Made by a program: the position numbers and the translations under genes. A stretch of 64,000 bases of DNA, taken from the NCBI RefSeq assembly GCF_052425735.1, contig NC_135759.1:43152001-43216000 (forward strand). Reading direction: 5' to 3'. The notes under the pieces were generated by a model. The model was not told the DNA's origin. It saw only the letters and a program-made list of their open reading frames with translations, and did no database searches. Below, piece by piece: positions 50,015 through 62,594 of the stretch; position 1 is the first letter of the stretch, and the number at the start of each line of letters is the position of its first letter. The DNA comes from Oculina patagonica. Taxonomy: Eukaryota.

Positions 50015-51083
50015 TAAAATGTTTGACATTGGCTTAGAAAAACGTTTATAAAAAAATAAACGCTTTGTAAAAATACTAAAAGATGTCTCGATCTAAAAGC
50101 TTAGGTCTTCATCGGTGTTGATGGAGTGAAAAATTATAACAATGAATACTATAAAAGTCAAAATATGCTAGGCGTGCGAAAAGGTCGAGAAGACGGCAAA
50201 TTAATCAAGGAAGCGCAGATGTTAGGAATGTCTACGTAGTCATTCATATTGGGGTCTGATGAGAGCCACACTCCTAAGGATTTGGCAATTTTTGGGGCCG
50301 CTATTTAAAGTTCTTTTCAGGCATCGTCCACAAGGCTTCTGTTTTGCTTTTGTTAAGTTTTAAGCCAGATATATTACCGAAAAGTTCTATCATCTTCAAG
50401 GCTTCTAAGAATGAGTTTTTAGTTGTTGAAGATAGTCACTTTGACCTTAAAATTAAAGAATACCTAAGTACCGAAAATCAGTCCGGCTTTATTCGGTTGC
50501 AGTGGTATCTCAATTACAATTCATATCCTGACGTTTTTTGACATATGGTGAAATAACAAATGTTTGTTTAAGAAAGTAGGAAGTACATAACACAAAACAA
50601 TAAGAATTATTTCCAACAATTTCGCAAATAAACTCAAGCATTACAAGTTTATGTTACCAAGTTCTATTTCGTATTATTTTTTTCTGGCATGGCAAGTTTA
50701 TATTTTCTATACGCGGAGCGAGGTGTTTTGAAGAAAACCTTATTTCTTGAAAACCTGTGACTTAGCACTAAGATAAAGAGCCCGAGATCTCCGATTTCTT
50801 CCGAATAACATTCTATTTTTACGATCATTTATGTCCTTCTTCGGGATACATCGAAAACAGTTGTTCTTGTGTCCCTTAAGTGAAATTTCACGTTTTCTTC
50901 TAAAGTTGCTTCGGAATTGAAGATGGAGGTCCTGGCTCAGCAATCACTAGGTAATGGAAGGTTTTGCCTCTCTGCATCAGATCTCTTTTGAGTTCAGTGA
51001 TCGTACCACGTTTCGACGGAATAGCTGAGAATCTTGACTGTGCCATATCTGTAGCTGTCAGTTGGGATCTTGAAACCGTTTTC

Positions 51084-54000
51084 TTAAACTGTGGACTCCT
51101 AAAACCAAGGAATAGGTAGTTAGAACTTGTGAAACCGTATAGATAACGCTCGAAACATGAGCTGCTTTTAATCTAGAAAGGAGAGTATTGTATCACCTAA
51201 TGGTGGCCAACAGAATGCTTGTTTAATGCTTTGAATTATAGCTGACAACAAAATTTCGATTTTTTACATATTGTACCTTTACTTTCCGAAATAACATTAT
51301 CATTACAACGCACAATCTCCATTGAAGGTTCAATTCGCGTCATTCACAAACAACAAGGAACCATTCCCCCCCCCCCCCCCCCCGCAAACAGCACTTTTTC
51401 CCATTACAATTATTTTACACCGAATAAAAAGGCAAGCCGTATTACCATGGATGGCCTCCGTGTCATTCCTGTAGGCGCGCGTTCTTGTGTAATGCCACTT
51501 AACGGAACGATCTGAAAAAAATAATCAGCACCAGTAGTAAGAAACAAAGGAGCTCAGATGTCGTACGCGGACTCAAACAAAGCTCAAACACTTCCTAAAA
51601 CAATGAGCAACTAGAAAATATTTCCTAGCTAAAATCACGGTCAAATTCCGAGCCTATAAGTTTCGACAATGAATCCATCATGCCAACAATTCCGAAAATA
51701 GCGAAAAGGAAAAGAAAAACAGACCACAGGCTCTCTGGTTAGTGCCTGTTGCCCATCCACTGTGCTGGCCAGTGGCTTCCCGCTCGGAGCCATCTCTGTC
51801 AGCCTTTGATCAAGTCTTCCAAGGAGGCGGATAATGTTCTGTAACCTGGCAATGAAAACAAACAAGTAAGGACGTTATTTTGTTGCTCGCATGCATGTGT
51901 GATTTCATGTAAGTACGTTCATGAAAATAATGTCTACGAATCAATGCAGGTACACAGGGGAGCACAGTCAAAATGGAGTATTATGTGATTCAAGAGAAAA
52001 TATTTGATGATGATGATGATGATGATGATTATATGAGACCGGCCGGTGCGAGATAGGCCGGAACATCCGACCTGTACAAGTTTTAGGGCGAGTACTTGTT
52101 ACAAATGCACAAGACCAGTATGTTTCAATCGGTAAAGACCCGGATCCGGTTTTGGATCATGATTACATCGAAAAACAAACTCGGCCCGACTGTAACAGCC
52201 TGACTCAAACCCTGGGACTCTGTATTATTAAGGTTAGTATAACCTGCCAATAATTATCAGCCCATGGAACGACATGCTGAAGCACGTTGCAGAAGTTGAA
52301 TTAAGATTATTACATTTTAATTAGGACATAAATCCATGCTTAGGTAACACACTTTCATTCTTTTTATGTTAGGAAATCCTTGATACAGAGTTGCAATACG
52401 TTTTTCCTAACAACATGTTAGGCAATATAAAAAGGGAAGCCTCGAGCCAAGTGGCCCTCACTGCCGGAGCTTATCCCGGTTTCTGTAGCATTAAGCGGCT
52501 AGGAATATTTCTACTCCCCCCTGGATGGGATGCTAGTCCATCGCAGGGTACCCATTTATACACCTGGGTGGAGAGAGGCACTATGAGAGGAAAGTGTCTT
52601 GCTCAAGAACACAACGCAATGACCCCGGCCAGGTCTCGAACCCGGACCGCTCGATCTGGAGTACGGCGCACTAACCATTAGGCCACCGCGCCTCCCTAGG
52701 CAATATAAAGCTTTCAAAAAAGTTTTACAGCAAAGTTTAGTATTACTGACTTGTCCTCCTGTTGGTCCACCTTATCCGCCAGCTTTGTAACCTTCTCAGT
52801 AATATGTAACAGAGCTGGGTTTACATACGTCTGTTGACTTGCTGAGTGCCTCTTGGGCGAACCAAACTCCACTAGCTGCAGATCAAATCAAAGCACAATC
52901 TCTTCGTGAGTGTCTGATCTTCTAGCTGACCATATTAGCCGGGAAAACTGTCTACTGATATTGATTACAAGAGGAAGGTTGTCGATTGTACTTTTAAGTC
53001 CCTGTTAGACAGTTCCTATTGCTAGTTATTTCTATGTTTTTCTCCGAACTCACGTGACGGTCTATTTCATTTGTAGATGTGTTAGTAAGAGCAGATGTGT
53101 TAGAGCAGAGTATTAGAACTTGATTCGTAAGAAATATCAGTTTTGAAACAGAACTTGTTGTTAACATGAAATAAGTTTCAAGGGCAAAAGCACTTTCCTA
53201 CAAAACATGCCAAAATGTTAAATAACATCATTCACCCTTGTGCTGCATTCTCGTCCACAGAGCCACTTTTCCCACTTAAGATATTGGGAACCATAAAACT
53301 TCAACACAAGGCATTCTCGTCCACAGAGCCACTTTTCCCACTTAGCCGGCTGAGCCTGGGGCACGAGGAACGAGTGGCTCTGGGGACACATGATTTAATT
53401 GGCTAGATTTTTAACAAAGATAATTTAAATCTAGTCAATCAAATCAACCGTAGTAAAATCCCTTACCATAGAGGGATTTTAAAACGATTCATTTGATTTG
53501 CCAAATTTAAATTTCGTTTGTTAAAGATCTAGCCAATCAAATCATGTGTCCCCAGAGCCACTTGTTCCTCGTGCTCCAGGCTCAGCCGGCTAAGAAGGAC
53601 AAGTGGCTCTGGGGACAAGAATGCCTTGTGTTGAAGTTTTATGGTTTCCAATATCTTTGAGTCCTTAATTACTGATGTGTTGACTGTACCTTTTGCCTCC
53701 ATGTTCGTTTTCTGTTCGGATATTCCACGCAGTATGGCACCCAGATCTTTCTTAGAACTTTTCTGGGCGAAGCTCTTTCTAATTCTAGAAGCAACTCAAC
53801 CTTGAAAATAAACAAATAAATAGGTAAAGCCCGAGTGCTTGTGAAGAAAGATAAAAAGAACCATTATCACTCTCAACGATCGAACGTGCAATTTTTTTGA
53901 TAACTAAATAAATCAAAATTCGACGTTGTTTCTGTTGAGGCTATAGCTGAGTGAGGACCCTACACTAATAGGGGATAATAGGGGATTATTATTGTCCAAC

Positions 54001-57000
54001 AATTCCAAGAGAGATTTGTGCAGACTCAGGGGCATCTCTTAAAGTTTACCGACCTGCATTGCGTGTTGTTCCATTTTTGCTGACTGCAGAATTCTATTGA
54101 CGTCGCCAACAGATAAACCAATCTGGAGAGGAATTGATTATAATTAACTACATAGAAGGCTTGATTAATTCCCACACAGCTGTTCTATCGCAAAACTAAC
54201 GATTTGCACAAAATAAAGTTGCCTGGCCAGTGGATTTACGTAAATTCTTTGGGTGCCAAATGAAGCGATGAACTATATATATTCGAGGTTAACAATCTTA
54301 TTCCTCAAAATGCCAATCTCTACCCAGCAGTAAAACTATGTACATGCACATTTTTAGGGCAGCCTGCACAAATGCTGGGGAGTAAACAGCAATAGACCTG
54401 CATTCCATCCAGGGGGAGTAACAATGCACCGCGCGCATTGTTTGGCCAACCAAAACCACCGCTATGCTAAGCGAATGAATGTTTTGCTAAAGAAACGCAC
54501 CTCATCCGTTTTACACTTACCAAGAGATTCTTTATGATGATCGGCATGCACACACAGAAGATGATGTAGACTACGTAACTTATCCAGGGGTAGGGTAGGG
54601 GCTGATATTTGAACACCGTGTGCGGGTATTTCATCTCACCAAGTATTAACATGAAGGTTGTAAAAAGCGAGTATGGAAGGTAGTCAAACAGGTATTTTGT
54701 TGCTTCATTCGATTCATTCTGCAAATGAACATTGGAATGTGGTCAAAGATGAAGATGATGCGCTCTTATTGGTCAGTATAGTTGCAACTAAAACTGTATT
54801 ATATTATTGTGTTATATTATATAAAAGTATTATTAAAAACAAGCAAAGGTATATTGCAATTCCTGAATTTTGATTGGTTTACAGGCCATGTTATATGAGC
54901 TCATATACCATGGTAAGGTAGGTTTACTCGTTATTGAGAACAGCCGGGGAGCTAAAATATTACAATTCTTTAAGCGTTTTTAATGAAACAATTACTCCAC
55001 TCGCGCTTGTTAGATATGAGGTAGTTATAGCCAACTCATAGTCTATCCAACACGCGTGGAATAATTGTTGATTGATAAATGGAAGCCACCCAACTAGTTT
55101 AGCTTTAAAGTTATTTTGGGTGACCAGTTACTACGTTTATGTGCATTTCTAATTAATATAATACATCTTTAGTTTTTGTAAACCTTCGTTATACCTTCGC
55201 CAGGGTTAAAACCTAGTTCTCAAATGCCATGACAAAGAAAGCATTTATTTTGGGCCGCAAATTTACCCAACATTCGGAAAATACGGACCTAAAAAAACAC
55301 CCTATATCTTGGCACTTAAATCTCCTAATTCGAACTAATGCAAAATGTCTCAGTTTAAGCGGAAAAATGGAAAATAAAATCTTATCTTTACAGTACTTAC
55401 CCGAAATCGCTCGCGAAGTAGAAGAAAAAAGGGAATTCCAAAGGCAATTACAAAAGGAATAAACAGGATAATGATCTAAAGAGGCAAAAAGAAAAGAACT
55501 CATATTTACAGATAGCAATGTCGTTATTGTTGTGAGGTGCAGATGCCTTATGATATGTGCGTCGGATTTAGGATTCTAGTCCTCGCCTGATTCTTCGTGT
55601 TGTGTTCTTGGGTAAGATTCCCAACTGTCACATTGTTCCTTTCTACCCGAGAGTACAAATTGAGTGGGATCAGAAGTACACAAAAATGCTACGTCTCATT
55701 AAGGGGGAGTAGGAATTCCCATTACGCTCAATGCTACGGAAGCCACCAAGGGTTGAATGCAGGTTTCACATTAACCTAAACCTAATGTACAAGTAGTTTA
55801 CTTAGCCTGCGTGGCCGGCGGTTAAACGGGAGGGAGAAGGGGAGTTCGAGCACGAAGCGCGATCGGGAACCCGGGGGCGATTGGGGGTTAAGAGAACCCC
55901 TCCAACCGCCCTCTCTACGTGATCGCGCTTCGCGCTCGAGCTTCGTGCTCAAACTCCCTTTCTCCCTCCGCTTTGAACGTCGCCACGCAGGCTAGAAGTT
56001 ATTAAAAACAAACATACCTTAACTAATGTCTTGATTATATTTGTCATCATTATAATATAAATACCAAACGTAGAAAATCTGAAGGCAAAATAATAAATAA
56101 AAGAGGTAAACAAGTTGTGTAACAAAGGAATCAAAAAAATATTAATGCCAGATACAACAAAGCCTTGATGCAGGTAATTAATAAACTGCATCGCTGTCTT
56201 TAATTCTAGAGACCGCTTTCACTATCTGTAAAGACCCAAGAATTTCTGCTGTAATAAATAAATTATTACGCTGATTATTAAAGCTACCATGCGCTTTTTA
56301 ATTATTTGAGACACACTTCTTACAATGTCATCAGTCAGAAAAATCTTAAATCTAAACTCTCATTTTTCATGTTCTTACCAGAAAATTCCAGGTAGGGTCA
56401 ATAAAAAAAGCAACATTGATTGTATGCGTGGTGAAACTGTACGTCCTTTCTTTATTTTGAGTACTACTAAAAAAAACCTCTCGCAACAACTTTTTTGAAG
56501 CATAATATTTTTACGATGATCAGTTAACGTCGAGCTTTTTCTTTTACATATGTTGACCTTGAAAAGTTAAGTAGAATGATTGTTTTGTTTGTTTTTATTT
56601 TAGAAAAGGTGTTTACCTTCTTAGATAAAGCACAAAAATAACCCAAGCGATAAAAATTGCAGTGGCAGCCACTGCTTTGAGACTATAAGCAGATCCATCT
56701 TTGTTGCGATATAACGCGTTGTACTGGAACATGTACACAAGACTCGTCATGTACAGGAACCACTCCATCCAGTTATCTATCTTCAGCAGATATTTAAATT
56801 TCTGGAAGAAAAAGAACACGATACCAACTGTTATCTACAAGCTTTCTTTAGAGTGCTTTGTGTATTAATATTATAGCGATACTGCAATGTAAGGTCGTCG
56901 CTATATGAATTCGAAGTAAAGAGGTTTTCATTTGAGCGTTGAAAAAAAAAACACAGCGTGAATACAAGGTACTGGCGGCGAATCACAAGAATCGCAAGCA

Positions 57001-60000
57001 ACACAATGAATTAAAAAGAACGCGAATAAAGTACATGTCATTGGATCTAATCGCGGAAAAACGCGTATGATAAAGTCGTAATGGGTTCTGGTTTAGCATT
57101 TGTTTGGTTGAGAATGTGGCGCGATTTTTTTTTAAAACCAATCAACGACCATTGTATTAAACGAAAATCAAAGCAATTCTGGCTTTTCACACAGGACTAA
57201 AAATCGCACTATTACACATGTAACACGATTAAGCTATTTATGGCAACAAATTTCAGGCTTGGGGGAGAGAATAATAGACATATGTGGACCTTTCAGTTCA
57301 CTAGCAAGTTGCAAGAGACAAGACGATGAACTACACTCTCCCATTCTCGTCCAATTCCCTTGACAACTAACGTTATAGTTTTCTTGTTTTCCGACTCTTT
57401 TCTCGTGACGTCATTCGTTGTCTTACCTCGTCCCATATTTGGAATATTTCTTTAAGAAGATGAAACAGGCTCATAACCACAATCGTAAAGCGTGGGATAT
57501 CCAGAAAAACATTTTTTTGCTCTTTGCTTCCGTCCTCCAGTAACACAGTCATTGTGGTCAGCATCACCAAGAACAAAATGTAAAATCCTAGATTCATGAC
57601 GTAAGCCTTCCAGCCCACGCTCCGCCTGCAATATAACACAAAGTGGTCAGTTTTCTTAGATTGCTGGCGTAATATCTGTTATGTATAGCCCACTTGCAAA
57701 AAGAGTGGTGGCCTGGGGCAAGGGTAGACGCGCGCTGAGTTGTGGGATCGTTTGAGGGGGAGCACGAAATTGCAAACAAAAGAAATTATGCCAGATCACG
57801 AAAGGTTTGAAAGATGCCAAAAGGTGTGGGTTGTTGTGTGCTAAGTTCCTGGACACGCGCCTTTTGACCGGTTGGTTGAAATTTTGCTCAGATATTTTCA
57901 GACAACTTTTGTGTTAAACTTTCTCCGAGTTTTCCAATTTGATGGTAATAGAAAGTTATCAGTGCAACTGGATTTTCCAAATTTTAAAAATATAGAACTT
58001 CAAGTGACATATTTTAGAGTTTGAAGACAGAGGACAATGTGTGATGAAACCGTATCGATCTTAAACACTTTGCTTCAATTTTTGAGAGTCAAAAAAGGTA
58101 AGCATCGCTTATTTTCCAATATTACCGGTCAGACACTGTACATTTCAATTCTCTAAGCTTGGCGCGAAATCGTGCAGTCACGCGAGATGGCCAGAAGAGA
58201 CCTTATGTTGTAACCTAACACCTTCCTTCCCTAACAGAGAATTATATATATATTTTTATTACGCAAATGTGTTGATTAGCTTTTGATTGGAACCGGAATT
58301 GAATCCATAACTAATGCTTAACTTTATCTTTTTCAAGTCTCTAACCTAAGGCCCATTTGCTTTCGAGCGCTTTATCGTCTTACCATTTTATGTTCATGAT
58401 AGCTCCTGTAACAGGATGTGACAGACAGTTATCTCGTTTATACTTTACCATAGTCTGGAAAATAAAACATGAAACAAGTACGCGTGCTGTGATTGGCTTA
58501 AACCATACTTCTTACACTAGAAACTAAACTTATATGCGAGGAGATGCGTAAAATGATATAAATCCAGTCTCTTACATTGACATAAATCCTGTCTTTTATA
58601 TTGACATAAATCCTGTCTTTATTGATATAATCCGCCTTGTCTCTTCAAGATTGCGCCATGAATTTTAGAATGGCGTAGACTAAGAAGACATGCTAGACCT
58701 GAGTCCCAGGGAGTGGTATGGGTACTCGAGGTGGGGAGTTATAAATGACTTTATTTTTGATACCAAAAAGTAATCCATTTAATAAGTTTAAACCCTTCCA
58801 GAATACAAAACTCTTATAATCTCTAAAACAAGGACACTGTTACCAGTGTGGGCTGACAACAAACTTTAATCCCGTCAAAATACCTCTTGGAATACGATTA
58901 CTCAAAAAAAATACCGGAACAAATAATAACCCCAAAGTACCAAAATCATCTATTTCATACCCCATATTTGCACCTTCACTCAATTCCGCTTTGACAACGC
59001 TATTCCGGCGCGTAACGTCGTGTTTTGCTTTACGATAGGTAAAAATTAAATACTTATCCCTTGTTATCACGGAAAAAGAATCGAACTTACATGCAAACTG
59101 TCGAGATATTTCTTCGGATCATGTTTCCTGAGATCCGGCATGCCTTGCAACAACATGAAGTCGTAAGTGACCTGGTGACGAGAAATATATATACAATGAA
59201 CACAGACGTGCCAAAGGAGTTTACTTGATGTTCGTCACATTCTCCAAACTTATGATGATGCAGTTAGGAGAATTTGTGTGCTGACCTTAGGAAAGGCTTT
59301 TCAAAGCAGGATTTTATAGCCAATTTCCGTGTTGCAAGTCCGTTATAAATAACGATGTCCGGAACTACATTTTAACTATTTTCACAGTGTAACTTGAAAG
59401 GTCTAATGAAGAATGTCTTTAAGCTAAAGGAATTTTAAATAAAATGAATTTTGCCACAAAGGAGACTTACCGAATAGTCTTCACTTTTCTCTTTATCGCC
59501 AGATTCTTCAACACATTTATCAAGAAATTTCTGCAATGATTAAACATTCAGATTAAGACACCACTGTAGTATTTTCACTGACTTTCAACTAACTGACATG
59601 GTTTCATAGATTAACTCAGCGGTTAATGTTTACTTATAAGTTAGCACAAACAGCAACTTGCGTTGTTTACACGCTAATTCTCTCACGAATGCCATTGGTT
59701 ACATGTTTTAGTTATTTGTTTTGTCGCTTAAAGGCGTCATATGCAACGGAGCACGAAGACAAGAGTCGACAGCGGCTGCCTCAAGTGTATGGCTCGAGTC
59801 TCTTAATAATAATAACTTATTTAAGTGTCAGGGTAGGTATTTAGCTTACAGAAGCTAATTGGAGACACTACTACGTTACAGTATAAAGACTATTTTTTTA
59901 ATACCTGATGTATGATGAAAATGACAGGAATCAAGAATCTGTTTTCTCCATTCCGTACCTAATAACTGTAATTAAAGTTAGGTCTGGGAAGAAACCTTTT

Positions 60001-61992
60001 AAAGGCCAATAATACAACGAGGCAGAATTCCTTTTTTCTATAATAAAGATGAGAAATCTGATCGATCAACTAACAAACTGCCACTTAACAAAATAAAACA
60101 CAGGGAATTTTTCGCGACCAACGTTTGGTTGTAAAATAAGCTACTGCAAACCTCTGCAGCCAGCGGCATCTTCATGACCAGTCGTTGTAGTTGAGTAAAA
60201 CCTTCTTCGACTCGATGACACATTTCTCTCCACCTAAAAAAAAATTAATTTGATATTTAGTGGGGTCAAATTTCTCAATTCAATCGTCATTTATAGTTAG
60301 TGTTTCTGCTTCATCTAGTTTGGGAGAGTATGAAATTTTCTTGTCAAAAACAAATGGGAGACAACTGGAAACTGAAGGGAGTACTTCCCAATAAGGATGA
60401 CATTGTGTCTTCTTGCATTTCTAAAAGGTAAATTCGACAACAGCATTTGACAACTCTGTCTATCATATCTCGCATCTTGGACTAATGATTCTAATGGAAC
60501 AACAGAACAGTTTTAGCTCAGGCGAGGGGGTAGCTTTGCTTTCGCAAATTAACAGTACATGATACTCGTTACCAGTGTCTCACCGTGTATGCTCTGCGAT
60601 GCACAAGACCACCGGTTCCTTTCCAGCTTCAATTGCGACATCCAATGCATTCTGGTTGTAAGCATTGTACGTCACGTTTTGTGATTCATGGGATAGAAGA
60701 TGCGTCACTAACACTGCATGACCATTTTTGGCTGCTAGGTGCAAAGCGGTGTCCTGAGGGGGAGGAGAAAGTTATAAACTAAAAGGTTTGAAATTTGAAA
60801 TCACGATAAGTAGAGCTTTATCACTTTGTTTTGCACTTTCTTTTGTGCCCAAATTTTAAATGGAATAAAGAGAACGACAGAAAACCTTTTCGAGAAAGCA
60901 CAATTAAAACATTTCATTATATATTTCAAACATTTATTTTTGCAATCGAAAAGAATTTAGCCGATTTATAGAAAAGTACATTGGTGTGCTTAATCATTTT
61001 TTCTGTTAAAAAAAAATACTTTCAAATTGATGAAAACCTCAAAATAATAGTTTTCTACAGCAGGAAAACACCAAAGCAGTAATAATAAGCCGAAAACAGA
61101 CGATCGAGAAAGATTTACACGGATTACGAACGTCAACCTTGAAAACAAAATTGCCAAGATGAGCCGTCCGTGACAGGTACTTAAACAGTAGACAACGCAA
61201 GAAGCCAATGAGAACTCAAAGCAAATACAGGTGACCGGCTCCAAGCGCGGGAAAACGTGTGTGACCAAGTTAGTTTTTAAGCTGATTGGTTGAGCAGGTG
61301 TCGCGGTTTTTTTAAACGTAACTACTGAATCATAGAACGTAGCAAAGCAGAACCAAAGGAATTCCGAATTATTTTCAACACTCAATTGAAAACCCGTCTA
61401 TTTAGCCATATATCTTGTTGAATAAAACCTAACTCTTGTTATTTGTAGGTTACTGGCGCCAAATAGCACGCATTCAACGTTAACCAGCAAATAAAAAATA
61501 TGTTTTCTGTTTTCGACAGCATCTTTTAAAAGTCACACAGGTGAAAGTTGTTTGAGTTCAAATGATAAGTAATCGCTTCAAGATGATGAAAACACCAAAG
61601 AGGCAACAACATGCTAAAAAGGAACAAAAATCATGAAAAATGGGGGAAATTGAGACAAATAGAAAAGACGGACTTGACAAATTTAAGCTAAACGTAGGTT
61701 CAAGGTTCGTCTTTCTTTTCAATATCAATATATTGAAGTCATGGTGCGGGACGAGGTTACCCTCTCTATCCGAGCCGGAGGCTCATGTAAAAAACGCATG
61801 ACAATGATTAAAACATCAAGCGTCATATAAATGACCGTCAACTGTCCTCCGTAATTCAACTTTCTGTTCGTTACCTGGTCAGCGTTATCCTCCACGTTAA
61901 TGCAGTTAGGACTTGATGTGCAGATCAACTGAACACTCTTTAGTGATCCTTTAGCTGCGGCAAAATGCAGTGGAGTTCGACCATCTGTGTCC
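51084..61992 (-). CDS. TRPA1: TRPA1-like ankyrin-repeat cation channel, 5'-partial
   Basis: Minus-strand exons: 61992-61875, 60753-60584 (ankyrin repeats GRTPLHFAAAKG, DTALHLAAKNGH), 60233-60152, 59530-59471, 59171-59091, 58454-58384 (CLSHPVTGAIMNIKW), 57625-57427, 56801-56617 (DNWMEW), 56078-56018 (FGIYIIM), 55475-55401, 54718-54521 (pore TTFMLILGE), 54122-54054 (IGLSVGDV), 53800-53690, 52875-52751, 51845 to about 51725, 51511-51446, 51098-51084. The last three exons are less certain. Family-level call; orthology is not established. Confidence 0.88.
52432..52696 (-). mobile_element. Full-length tRNA-derived SINE with 13-bp TSD
   Basis: Minus strand shows A-box GGTGGCCTAATGG, B-box GGTTCGAGACC and a Nin/Deu-like core CTCTCCACCCAGGTGTATAAATGGGTACC. 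TSD TAGGCAATATAAA at 52419-52431 and 52697-52709. 5'-truncated copies at about 36785-36898 and 47073-47183; degraded copies at about 54310-54425 and 55530-55760. Confidence 0.9.
53246..53623. mobile_element. Palindromic MITE with a rearranged left end
   Basis: Termini CATTCTCGTCC / GGACAAGAATG; flanks CCTTGTGCTG (53236-53245) and CCTTGTGTTG (53624-53633). A related fragment is at about 18945-19000. Confidence 0.8.
55803..55994. mobile_element. TAGCC-terminated palindromic MITE
   Basis: TAGCCTGCGTGGC...GCCACGCAGGCTA with paired internal arms; TSD not evident. Confidence 0.75.
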
Positions 61993-62459
61993 CTGTGGGA
62001 TAGCAATTAACAATTATAAAACACGATTCCGGCTCTTTTTTGTGGGACTCTTTGTGAGCATTAGAAAGAGAATTCAGGCCTCATGTAATGTCCCACGTAT
62101 GGAATATTTCAAGCTTTATTTTTGAACTAAAAAAATTAGTTGAGATTGTTACGTTGGGATTTTGTCGCTTGGTGGTTTTATAGTGGAACAAAGTTATCTC
62201 CTGGGTATCGGATGTAAAGCACATCCGATAAGCTCTTGATTTGATTCCCCAAACAAAACTTTGTTTCACTGTAAAACCATCTTTACATCACTTCTAGGCA
62301 AAGCGTTTTTATTTGTCCAAACTTTACATTTGGTCATTACAAATGAGAAACAATTCTGTAGTGCTGGCCAGTACAGCGGTGAAATCGACAAAATATTACT
62401 TTTGTCAAGGACCCAAACAATTATTGAACACTAGAATTAATGAGTATTGAAACTACTGT

Positions 62460-62594
62460 ACACACATGAGAGTTACCGGTTGTGGCACAACTTGCAAAAA
62501 AAACCGCTCGGGCTCGCCTGGCTCGCTGGCTCGCCAGTCTCGCCTCGCTATTTTTTGCAAGTTGTGTCCACAACCGGTAACTCTCATGTGTGTG
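62460..62594. repeat. Hairpin with a GCTCGC-rich loop
   Basis: CACACATGAGAGTTACCGGTTGTGG..ACAACTTGCAAAAAA pairs with TTTTTTGCAAGTTGT..CCACAACCGGTAACTCTCATGTGTG. Confidence 0.8.
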
